A stretch of 64,000 bases of DNA from Anaeramoeba ignava BMAN (Eukaryota; Protista; Anaeramoebae), in contig JAPDFW010000070.1 of NCBI GenBank assembly GCA_028826165.1, positions 682,001 through 746,000 of the forward strand. Direction: 5' to 3'. The notes under the pieces are model-generated. The model saw nothing but the letters and a program-made list of their open reading frames with translations. It had not been told where the DNA came from and ran no database searches. Of the stretch, positions 38,541 through 54,110 are shown piece after piece. The translations under genes were made by a program, and so were the position numbers. How positions within the stretch are numbered: the stretch's first letter is position 1; each line of letters opens with the position of its first letter.

Positions 38541-38811
38541 TCTTAAAAATTTTTATATTTAATTATTGATTGTTTGTTTAAGAAGAAAAGAAAAAAATGA
38601 AAAAAAAATTAAAAAAAAATTAAAAAAAAAATTTTTGAACAATTTTAAGTTAAAATGAGTCAAAATTTGAAGAAAATGACGCAAAACGATCAAATAAAAA
38701 AAAATAAAAAAAAATAAAAAAAATTAAAAAATTAAAACCATTTTTTTTTGTTTAAATTTTCACTTAAAAACTTTAAAGTCAAATTTTTTTATAAAACAAA
38801 AAAAATACAAA

Positions 38812-41800
38812 ATGTCAGAAATTGGAAGTGAAGCACCCCCAATTAAAGTTGGGAAATGGCTTAAAAATGGAATTGACATTGAAGGGTTAATTGGAACTAA
38901 AGCTATTGTACTTGAGTTTTGGGCTTTTTGGTGTCCGCCTTGTATTCGGGCAATTCCCCACATTAATAAGTTGTCACAACAATTCCAAGACATTGTTTTT
39001 ATTGGAATGACATCGAATCGAAATGACTTGAAACAGAGCGAAGATCTTGTGGAAAAAATGAAAAATGACATGGATTATCATATTGCAATCGATGATGAAG
39101 ATGGAACAACTGACACTAACTACATGAAAAAATTTGGCGTTAGCGGTATTCCCCATTGCTTCTTCATCTCCAAAGAGGGGAAAATTTTATGGCATGGACA
39201 TCCAATGGAATTAGACCCTGTTCTTGACGTTGAAAACTCTGACATTAGCGTGCGAGACTTTTACCGCAGTATAGTTGCCAATGACAACTCGAAAATTCTC
39301 GAGGTTCTTAATCAAAGTCCCGAAAAGGCAAAGACAATTCCGAAAACGCTTATTGAGATGCTTGTTGAGAAGAAGAATTTTGTCGTGCTTGAAAAGATAC
39401 TGGATACTGACATTGACATGTCCCAAATGTCGATGAATGATTTTTTTGACTTTGCGGATTTTCCGCAAAATTTCTTGCGAAAATTGCTGTCAAAACTGTC
39501 AAAAACGCCAATGACAATTGACTCACTTGATGGATCCATTTTGGCGGTTGTGCGAATAATTTACGGATATTTTCGCACTTTCCAAATGGATATGGTTGCT
39601 GATTTTACTGAGCAATTTTGCCAGTCGATCCGCGACATTCACGAGAAAATTCCGTTTGATTTTACTCAAAAGCAAATTTTGTTTCCTTTTGTCAGATCTA
39701 TGATTTCGGGACTGGTGGAGTATATACTTGGACTGCACAAATTTACCGATGAGCAATATAATGCTCGCGATGGTGACCGCACAATTTTGGACTCTTTATT
39801 TGCGTTTTATTCATATATCCCCCAACCCGAAGAAGCCAAAAAAATTCTCAGCATGATTCTTCCGCATCTTTCCTCAGAAACCCTGACAATGTCGCTTGAC
39901 ACTTGCTTCCTAATCGACAGTTCCGTTGTTGATCTCTGCATTTCCGCGCCCACCTTCGATGTGCATGCAAAGACGCAATCAGGACAAACTGTTCTTCATC
40001 TTGCAGTGCAAAACAAAATGAACCAAATTGTTGCCAAAGTCATCTCAATGGGTGCCAATGTCAATGAGGTTGACGGTGACGGGGCAAGCCCACTTCATTA
40101 CTGCAATGCGAGTAGTTTACCTCTTCTTTTAGATGCGGGGGCAGATCCAAAAGTTCTCAATTCTGCAGGCAAAAATTTTTTCGAATCTGTTGCCACTCAT
40201 GGACTTGATTTGGATTTTGTGGAAGAAGTTAAGAACCGGAAATTACTGAATTCTGTTGATTTTGTCAAGGGAATTATCCGCGATAAGCGTTTTAGTAAGG
40301 ATGTCAAGCAGTTGATTTCTGATGAAAACATCAAGGCAACTTCCGATTTGCTTCTTGCTGCTGCTGAAAGTGGTGCTGTTGCTAATGTTCTTTTTCTTCT
40401 TTCGCAAGGTGCTGATCCAAATGCAAAAAATTCCAATCAATCCAATTTACTTCATCTTTCTGCTCAGCATGCAACTGTTGATGAGTTTAAAAGTCTTGTT
40501 TCTCTTTCCGGTCTACAGTTAACTGATGAAAAAGATGATCTTGGTTGGAATGTTTTCCATTATGCTGGATATAAATCTAATAAAACTTTATATGCCTATT
40601 TAAAGGAAGAATTGAATCAAGATCCTGTTATTTTTCATCGGTAAAAACCAAATCTTAAAACATATAAATTTTAAAACATTTAAAACATTTATAAATCAAA
40701 TACAAATCAAATATAAATCAAATATAAATTAAAATCAAATATAAATTAAATATAAATTAAATATAAATTAAATATAAATTCAATTAAAATATAAATTAAA
40801 TATAAATCAAAAATATAAAATTAAATATAAATCAAAAAATAAATCAAAAAATTAAATATAAATTAAATATAAATCAAATATAAATAAAAATTAAATATAA
40901 ATCAAATATAAATATAAAAATCAAATATAAATTAAATATAAATCAAATAAATTAAATATAAAATAAATAATATAAATCAAAAAAATAAATATAAATTAAA
41001 TATAAATTAAATATAAATTAAATATAAAATTAAAATTAAATATAAATATAAATATAAATATAAATTAAATATAAATCAAATATAAATCAAATATAAATTA
41101 AATATAAATTAAATATAAATCAAAATAAATTAAATAAATTAAAATTCAAAATAAAATAAATATAAATATAAATTAAATATAAATCAAATATAAATCAAAT
41201 ATAAAATAAATATAAATTAAATATAAATCAAATATAAATCAAATTAAATCAAATATAAATTAAAATAAATCAAATATAAATCAAATATAAATCAAATATA
41301 AATTAAAATAAATAAATTAAAATATAAATAAATATAAATCAAATAAATCAAATATAAATCAAATATAAATTAAAATAAATTAAATAAATAAATATAAATA
41401 AATTAAATAAATTAAATATAAATTAAATATAAATCAAATATAAATTAAAAAAAAAATAAATCAAATATAAATCAAATTAAAAATATAAATTAAATATAAA
41501 TAAAATAAATAAATCAAAATAAATTCAAAAATCAAATATAAATTAAATATAAATCAAATATAAATCAAATATAAATATAAATAAATATAAATTAAATATA
41601 AATAAATAAATTAAAATATAAATTAAATATAAAAAAATATAAATCAAATATAAATCAAATATAAATCAAATATAAATTAAAATAAATCAAATATAAATCA
41701 AATATAAATCAAATATAAATAAATAAATCAAATATAAATATAAATTAAATATAAATTAAATATAAATTAAAATAAATTAAATATAAAATAAATATAAATC

Positions 41801-43043
41801 AAATATAAATCAAATATAAATCAAAATATAAATTAAATATAAATCAAATATAAATTAAATATAAACCAAATATAAATATAAAATTTAAATATAAATCAAA
41901 TATAAATAAAATAAATAAATAAATATAAATAAATATAAATTAAATATAAATAAATATAAATTAAATATAAATTAAATATATAAAATATAAATTAAATATA
42001 AATATAAATAAAAATTAAATATAAATTAAATATATAAATATAAAAATATAAATTAAATATAAATCAAATATAAATTAAATATAAATCAAATAAAATTAAA
42101 TATAAATTAAATATAAATAAATATAAATAAATATAAATCAAATATAAATTAAATATAAATTAAATATAAATTAAATATAAAAATATAAAAATTAAATAAA
42201 ATATAAATTAAATATAAATCAAATATAAATTAAATATAAATCAAATTAATATAAATCAAATATAAATTAAATATAAATCAAATATAAATTAAATATAAAT
42301 TAAATATAAATCAAATATAAATTAAATATAAATTAAATTAATATAAAATCAAATATAAATTAAATATAAATCAAAATTCAAATATAAATCAAATATAAAT
42401 TAAATATAAATCAAATATAAATAAATTAAAAAATAAATCAAAATATAAAAATAAATCAAATATAAATCAAATATAAATCAAAATTATAAATTAAATATAA
42501 ATCAAATATAAATCAAATATAAATTAAATATAAAAATCAAATATAAAATAAATTAAAATAAATATAAATAATAAAATAAATATAAAATAAATTAAATATA
42601 AAAATTAAATATAAATCAAATATAAATCAAATATAAATCAAATATAAATCAAATATAAATCAAATATAAATCAAAAATATAAATTAAATATAAATAAAAT
42701 CAAATATAATAAAATATAAATAAATATAAAATAAATAAATATAAATATAAAATATAAATTAAATATAAATCAAATATAAATTAAATATAAATTAAATATA
42801 AATTAAATATAAATCAAATATAAATCAAATATAAATCAAATATAAATCAATTTTCAATTATAAATTAAAATTATTTCCTTTTATTGCGATTCTTGTGAAA
42901 AACCAGTTTTTGGAATTCGTTATCATTGCACTATTTGTTCTAATTTCGATTTATGTCCACAATGCAAACATAAAGCAATTAGATCTCATCTTGTAGAACA
43001 TTTGATGGATGAATCAGAACCAGATTCTAAATTTCAATGTTGA
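38812..43043 (+). CDS. Thioredoxin-like (TlpA, WCPPC) plus ankyrin repeats plus C-terminal ZZ-type zinc finger; exon 1 38812-40640, exon 2 ~42875-43043
   Basis: VLEFWAFWCPPC..GIPHCF; GQTVLHLA and GASPLH ankyrin repeats. Distal exon reads YCDSCEKPVFGIRYHCTICSNFDLCPQC. Exon 1 is firm; the join is inferred because no AG acceptor is visible. Confidence 0.78.
40690..42850. repeat. 11-mer array (AAATATAAATC/AAATATAAATT) filling a putative 2.2 kb intron
   Basis: Degenerate tandem 11-bp units; no G seen on the + strand. Confidence 0.9.
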
Positions 43044-43610
43044 GTTCTGTTTCTTTTCTTTTTGCAAAGGAGAAAGAACAAGAATTTTTTGATTGATTTT
43101 ATTCTTTCTCTTTCCAATTCTTTTTTCAAATTCTTTTTTCTTTTTTCTTTTTACAAATTAAAACAAACAAAATTATCTTTTGAAAAAAAAAACTTTTTTT
43201 ATATTTATTATTATTATTATTATTTTAATTTTCCTTTTCTTTTTTTATTAATTTTAAAAAGGAAAAAAAAGGAAAAAAAAATCAATTAAATTCTTTTTTC
43301 TTTTTCTTTTTCTTTTTTCTTTTGGATCAAAAATAAAAAAAATAAAATAAAAAAAATAAAATAAAAAATTATTTCTTTTTGTTTTGTTTTTAAAGGAAAT
43401 TGAAATGAGTTTGAAAACCTAAATTGGTTTTATTCTTCAAAAAGGCATTGAATGCTCGAAAAAAAAAAATAGAAGAAGCTCAAATCAATTGAAAAAAAAA
43501 AGTAAGTAAAGTAAAAAGAAAAAAGAAAAAAAGTAAAAAGAAAAATAAAAAGCAGAGTAAAAAAAAAGGAAGAGAAGAAAAAAAAGAAGCAGAAAAGAAA
43601 GAGAAGGAAA

Positions 43611-44283
43611 TTATTGTGCTTTTCCACGAGATTTCATTTCACGAGCATCTTGACAGGCAGCGCAAGATCCACAGAAAGCAATAACTAAACAATCTGAGCA
43701 TGTGTCGGTTTCAAAGTTGTATTTGGATCTGATTTGTTGTCTTGTAAAGTATTCTGGTGGACAACATAAACAATCGCAAATTGTGCAATCTCTCTCATCT
43801 GCGTTAGCTTTGTTTTGTGCTGCTAAGAAAGGAGGACATAAAAGTCCACAAATGCCTAAAAAGAAATGAAAAAAAAAAAAAAAAATTTTAAATAAATAAA
43901 AAAAACAAAAACAAAAAACAAAAAACAAAAAACAAAAAAACAAATGAATTAAAATTATATTTATATTAAAATAAAAATTATATTATTATTATTTGTCATT
44001 TGTTATATGTTTTTTTTTTATTTGATTGTGTCTAATTGTCTTATTTCTTTATTACTCATTTTGACTCGTTATTACTTTTTTTTTTTTTTACTTTTTTTTT
44101 TAATAAAAAATACTTACAAACATTAAAATCGCCGAAGCAACTGAAAAGACTGTTTTGCCACTCGCCCACTAGTTTTTTAGTTAAAAAAATTAATTAAATG
44201 TGTGTTGTGAGTGTGTTTTTGTGTGTTTTTGTCTTTCTTTTTTTATGTAAAAGTAAGACATTTAAAAAAAAAAAATTTTTACT
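43611..44283 (-). CDS. PLAC8/cornifelin-family Cys-rich protein; exons 44283 (A), 44168-44118, 43855-43611
   Basis: GEWQNSLFSCFGDFNVCICGLLCPP..RQQIRSKYNFETDTCSDCLVIAFCGSCAACQDAREMK. The start codon is inferred to be split by an intron. Confidence 0.85.
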
Positions 44284-44614
44284 TTCAAAAAAAAAATAGA
44301 AAGAAAAAAAATGAAAAAATAAAAATAAATTGAAAAATAAAATAAAAAGCAAAAATTTTTTTTCTTTTTATTTTTTCTCCTTTTAATTTTTTCTCCTTTT
44401 CTTTTTTTTTATTAAATTTAATTAAAAAAATAAAAATCAATTTAATTTAATTTAAAAAAAGGGGATTTGAAATACAAAATTTTTTTTATTTAAAAATTAA
44501 AAAATTAACTGTTAATTTGATCTTTTTTTTATTTTATTTTTTATTTTGATTAAATTTTAATTTTAAAATAAAAAATCCAAAAAACCATTTTCTAATTAAA
44601 ATGTGATCAACATT

Positions 44615-47600
44615 CATCTAAAATTTAATTTAAAATTTTCAATAAGAATTAATAAAGATTTAATTTAGAATTATAACTAAATTTAGAATTATAATTAATT
44701 TATAATTAATTTATAAATAAATTAATATTTTATTCTATTTATTTTATTAATAAAAAATTTGGATTAAAATTTAATTAAAAATAGAATAAGAATTAATAAA
44801 TATTTAATTTAGAATTATAATTAAATATAGATTTATAATTAATTTATAATTAATTTATAATTAAATTAATATTTTATTCTATTTATTTTATTAATAAAAA
44901 TTTGAATTAAAATTTAATTAAAAATAGAATAAGAATTAATAAAGATTTAATTTAGAATTATAATTAAATTTAGATTTACAATTAATTTATAATTAATTTA
45001 TAATTAAATTAATATTTCATTTTATTTATTTTATTAATAAAAATTTGAATTAAAATTTAATTAAAAATAGAATAAGAATTAATAAATATTTAATTTAGAA
45101 TTATAATTAAATTTAGATTTATAATTAATTTATAATTAATTTATAATTAAATTAATATTTTATTCTATTTATTTTATTAATAAAAATTTGGATAAAAATT
45201 TAATTAAGAATAAAATAAGAATTAATAAAATTTAATTTAGAATTATAATTAAATTTGTATTTATAATTAATTTATAATTAATTTATAAATAAATTAATAT
45301 TTTATTCTGTTTATTTTATTAATAAAAATTTGAATAAAAATTTAATTAAAAATAGAATAGGAATTAATAGATTTAATTTAGAATTATAATTAAATTTAGA
45401 TTTATAATTAATTTATAATTAATTTATAAATAAATTAATATTTTATTCTATTTATTTTATTAATAAAAATTTGAATTAAAATTTAATTAAAAATAAAATA
45501 AGAATTAATAAATATTTAATTTAGAATTATAATTAAATTTAGATTTATAATTAATTTATAATTAATTTATAAATAAATTAATATTTTATTCTATTTATTT
45601 TATTAATAAAAATTTGAATAAAAATTTAATTAAAAAATAGAATAAGAATTAATAAATATTTAATTTAGAATTATAATTAAATATAGAATTATAATTAATT
45701 TATAATTAATTTATAAATAAATTAATATTTTATTCTGTTTATTTTATTAATAAAAATTTGGATTAAAATTTAATTAAAAATAGAATTGAAATTAATAAAT
45801 ATTTAATTTAGAATTATAATTAAATTTAGATTTATAATTAATTTATAATTAATTTATAATTAAATTAATATTTTATTCTATTTATTTTATTAATAAAAAT
45901 TTGGATTAAAATTTAATTAAAATTAAATAGAATTAATAAATATTTAATTTAGAATTATAATTAAATATAGATTTATAATTAATTTATAATTAATTTATAA
46001 TTAAATTAATATTTTATTCTATTTATTTTATTAATAAAAATTTGGATAAAAATTTAATTAAAAATAGAATAAGAATTAATAAAGATTTAATTTAGATTTT
46101 ATAACTAAATTTAGATTTAAAATTAATTTATAATTAATTTATAAATAAATTAATATTTTATTCTGTTTATTTTATTAATAAAAATTTGAATAAAAATTTA
46201 ATTAAAAATAGAATAAATTAATAGATTTAATTTAGAATTATAATTAAATTTAGATTTATAATTAATTTATAATTAATTTATAAATAAATTAATATTTTAT
46301 TCTTATTTATTTTATTAATAAAAAATTTGAATTAAAAATTTAATTAAAAATAGAATAAGAATTAATAAATATTTAATTTAGAATTATGATTAAATTTGGA
46401 ATTTATAATTAATTTATAATTAAATTATAAATAAATTAATATTTTATTCTATTTATTTTATTAATAAAAATTTGAATAAAAATTTAATTAAAAATAGAAT
46501 AAGAATTAATAAATATTTAATTTAGAATTATAATTAAATTTAGATTTATAATTAATTTATAATTAATTTATAAATAAATTAATATTTTATTCTGTTTATT
46601 TTATTAATAAAAATTTGAATTAAAATTTAATTAAAAATTAGAATAAGAATTAATAAAGATTTAATTTAGAATTATAATTAAATTTAGATTTATAATTAAT
46701 TTATAATTAATTTATAATTAAATTAATATTTCATTCTATTTATTTTATTAATAAAAATTTAGATAAAATTTAATTAAAAATAGAATTGAAATTAATAAAT
46801 ATTTAATTTAGAATTATAATTAAATTTAGAATTATAATTAATTTATAATTAAATTAATATTTTATTCTATTTATTTTATTAATAAAAATTTGGATTAAAA
46901 ATTTAATTAAAAATTTCGTGATTAATAAAGATTTAATTTAGAATTATAATTAAATTTGGAATTATAATTAATTTATAATTAATTTATAATTAAATTAATT
47001 TTTATTTTATTTATTTTATTAATAAAAATTTGGATTAAAATTTAATTAAAAATAAAAATAAGAATTAATAAATATTTAATTTTAGATTTATAATTAAATT
47101 TAGATTTAAAATTAATTTATAATTAATTTATAATTAAATTAATATTTTATTCTATTTATTTTATTAATAAAAATTTAGATAAATTTAATTAAAAATAGAA
47201 TATGGATTAATAAAGATTTAATTTAGAATTATATTTAAATTTGGATTTATAATTAATTTATAATTAAATTATAAATAAATTAATATTTTATTCTATTTAT
47301 TTTATTGATAAAAATTTGAATAAAAATTTAATTAAAAATAAAATAAGAATTAATAAATATTTAATTTAGATTTATAATTAAATTTAGATTTAAAATTAAT
47401 TTATAATTAATTTATAAATAAATTAATAATTTATTCTATTTATTTTATTAATAAAAATTTGAATATAAATTTAATTAAAAATAGAATAAGAATTAATAAA
47501 TATTTAATTTAGAATTATAATTAAATTTGGATTTATAATTAATTTATAATTAAATTTATAAATAAATTAATATTTTATTCTATTTATTTTATTAATAAAA

Positions 47601-50135
47601 ATTTGAATAAAAATTTAATTAAAATTAAAATAAGAATTAATAAATATTTAATTTAGAATTATAATTAAATTTAGATTTATAATTAATTTATAATTAATTT
47701 ATAATTAATTTAATATTTTATTCTATTTATTTTATTAATAAAAATTTGAATATAAATTTAATTAAAAATTAGAATTGGAATTAATAAATATTTAATTTAG
47801 AATTATAATTAAATTTAGATTTATAATTAATTTATAATTAAATTATAATTAAATTAATATTTTATTTTATTTATTTTATTAATAAAAATTTGGATTAAAA
47901 ATTTAATTAAAAATAAATAAGAATTAATAAATATTTAATTTAGAATTATAATTAAATTTAGAATTAAAATTAATTTATAATTAATTTATAAATAAATTAA
48001 TATTTTATTCTATTTATTTTATTGATAAAAATTTGGATAAAAATTTAATTAAAAATAGAATAAGAATTAATAAATATTTAATTTAGAATTATAATTAAAT
48101 TTAGAATTAAAATTAATTTATAATTAATTTATAAATAAATTAATATTTTATTCTATTTATTTTATTAATAAAAATTTGATTAAAAATTTAATTAAAAATA
48201 GAATAAGAAATTAATATAGATTTAATTTGGAATTATGATTAAATTTAGAATTAAAATTAATTTATAATTAATTTATAATTAAATTAATATTTCATTCTAT
48301 TTATTTTATTAATAAAAATTTGATTAAAAATTTAATTAAAAATAGAATTGAAATTAATAAATATTTAATTTAGAATTATAATTAAATTTAGAATTATAAT
48401 TAATTTATAATTAATTTATAATTAAATTAATATTTTATTCTATTTATTTTTATTAATAAAAATTTGATTAAAAATTTAATTAAAAATTAGAATAGGAATT
48501 AATATAGATTTAATTTAGAATTATAATTAAATTTGTATTTATAATTAATTTATAATTAATTTATAAATAAATTAATATTTCATTCTATTTATTTTATTAA
48601 TAAAAATTTGATTAAAAATTTAATTAAAAATAGAATTGAAATTAATAAAGATTTAATTTAGAATTATGATTAAATTTGTATTTATAATTAATTTATAATT
48701 AATTTATAAATAAATTAATATTTTATTCTATTTATTTTATTAATAAAAATTTGAATAAAAATTTAATTAAAAATTAGAATAGGAATTAATAAAGATTTAA
48801 TTTAGAATTATAATTAAATATAGATTTATAATTAATTTATAATTAATTTATAATTAAATTAATATTTTATTCTATTTATTTTATTAATAAAAATTTGAAT
48901 AAAAATTTAATTAAAAATAGAATAAGAATTAATAAATATTTAATTTAGAATTATAATTAAATTTAGAATTAAAATTAATTTATAATTAATTTATAAATAA
49001 ATTAATATTTTATTCTGTTTATTTTATTAATAAAAATTTGGATTAAAATTTAATTAAAAATAGAATAAGAATTAATAAAGATTTAATTTAGAATTATGAT
49101 TAAATTTAGATTTAAAATTAATTTAAAATTAATTTATAAATAAATTAATATTTTATTCTATTTATTTTATTAATAAAAATTTGAATTAAAAATTTAATTA
49201 AAAATAGAATAAGAATTAATAAATATTTAATTTAGAATTATAATTAAATTTGTAATTATAATTAATTTATAATTAATTTATAAATTAAATTAATATTTTA
49301 TTCTATTTATTTTATTAATAAAAATTTGGATAAAAATTTAATTAAAATTAGAATAAGAATTAATAAATATTTAATTTAAAATAATAATTAAATTTAGATT
49401 TAAATTAATTTATAATTAAATTATAAATAAATTAATATTTCATTCTATTTATTTTATTAATAAAAATTTGAATATAAATTTAATTAAAAATAGAATAATA
49501 ATTAATAAATATTTAATTTAGAATTATAATTAAATTTAGAATTAAAATTAATTTATAATTAATTTATAATTAAATTAATATTTTATTTTATTTATTTTAT
49601 TAATAAAAATTTGGATTAAAATTTAATTAAAAATAGAATAGGGATTAATAAATATTTAATTTAGAATTATAATTAAATTTAGAATTATAATTAATTTATA
49701 ATTAATTTATAAATAAATTAATATTTTATTTTATTTATTTTATTAATAAAAATTTGGATTAAAATTTAATTAAAATTAAAATAGGAATTAATAAATATTT
49801 AATTTAGAATTAATATTTAAATTTAGATTTATAATTAATTTATAATTAATTTATAAATAAATTAATATTTTATTCTATTTATTTTATTAATAAAAAATTT
49901 GATTAAAAATTTAATTAAAAATAGAATAGGAATTAATAAATATTTAATTTAGAATTTATATTTAAATTTAGATTTATAATTAATTTATAATTAATTTATA
50001 ATTAAATTAATATTTTATTCTATTTATTTTATTAATAAAAAATTTGATTAAAAATTTAATTAAAATTAAAATAGGAATTAATAAATATTTAATTTAGAAT
50101 TATATTTAAATTTAGATTTAAAATTAATTTATAAT
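44615..50135. repeat. Tandem satellite array, ~143-bp unit, ~38 copies
   Basis: Landmark ATAGAATAAG recurs at 44781, 44924, 45067 and (variant) 45210, a period of 143. Copies are highly similar and extremely AT-rich. Confidence 0.95.
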
Positions 50136-50309
50136 TAAAATAAAGTTGGAATTTGAGAAAATTATTATCAAAAAATTAAGAACAAAAAAAAAGAAAAAAA
50201 AAGCAAAAAAAAAAATTTTTTTTAAATTAATTTTTTTCATTTTTTTTTTACACAAAAAAAAAAAACAACAAAGTAAGAAAAAACAAAACAAAAAATAAGA
50301 AAAAAATAA

Positions 50310-53212
<2,903 letters not shown>

Positions 53213-53329
53213 GTTTCTTTTTCTTCTTCCTTTTTCTTTTTTCTTTTTCTTTCATTCCACATTTTCAATCAATTTTTTTTTGATCGAACAAACCAAATCA
53301 AATAAAACAAATTTACAAACAAATTTTAA

Positions 53330-53800
53330 ATTAATTTTAAATCAATTTTATATTAATTTTAAATCAATTTTATATCAATTTTAAATCAATTTTATATCAA
53401 TTTTAAATCAATTTTAAATCAATTTTATATCAATTTTATATCAATTTTATATCAATTTTAAATCAATTTTATATTAAATTTAAATCAATTTTAAATCAAT
53501 TTTAAATCAATTTTAAATCAATTTTAAATCAATTTTATATTAAATTTAAATCAATTTTAAATCAATTTTAAATCAATTTTAAATCAATTTTAAATCAATT
53601 TTAAATCAATTTTAAATCAATTTTATATTAATTTTATATTAATTTTAAATCAATTTTATATCAATTTTAAATCAATTTTATATTAATTTTAAATTAATTT
53701 TATATCAATTTTATATCAATTTTAAATCAATTTTATATCAATTTTAAATCAATTTTATATCAATTTTAAACTAATTCTATATTAATTTTAAATCAATTCT
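53330..53800. repeat. Intergenic 11-mer array (AATTTTAAATC/AATTTTATATC)
   Basis: Tandem 11-bp units downstream of CDC48. Confidence 0.85.
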
Positions 53801-54110
53801 AAATAAAAATTAATTCAAAATTCCTTTTTTATTTTTATTTTTATTTTTTCTTTTTGTTTTTCCGAATTCATAATTAATGGTATTTTTGAGTAATTTTTAA
53901 TAAAATTTAAGTCATTTTTTCCTTTTTTCGATCAACTTCAAAATAAAAAGAATAAAAATAAATTTAATAAGACTTAATAATAAAAATAATTTCCAAATTA
54001 AATTTAAAAACAAAAAGCAAATTCCACTTTTTTTTGCTTTTTTTTTTATTCTTTTTTTTCCTTTTTTTTATTCATTTTTTCATTTTTAAATTTAATAAAA
54101 AAAAATTCAA

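Noticed and set aside
36685-42850. Inverted 11-mer arrays as terminal inverted repeats of a transposon carrying the thioredoxin gene
   Set aside because: No transposase or target duplication, the eIF3i start lies inside, and the inversion follows from two divergent genes with same-sense intronic repeats.
44615-50135. CRISPR array or coding repeat
   Set aside because: No unique spacers, no cas genes, no ORF, and a eukaryotic context.
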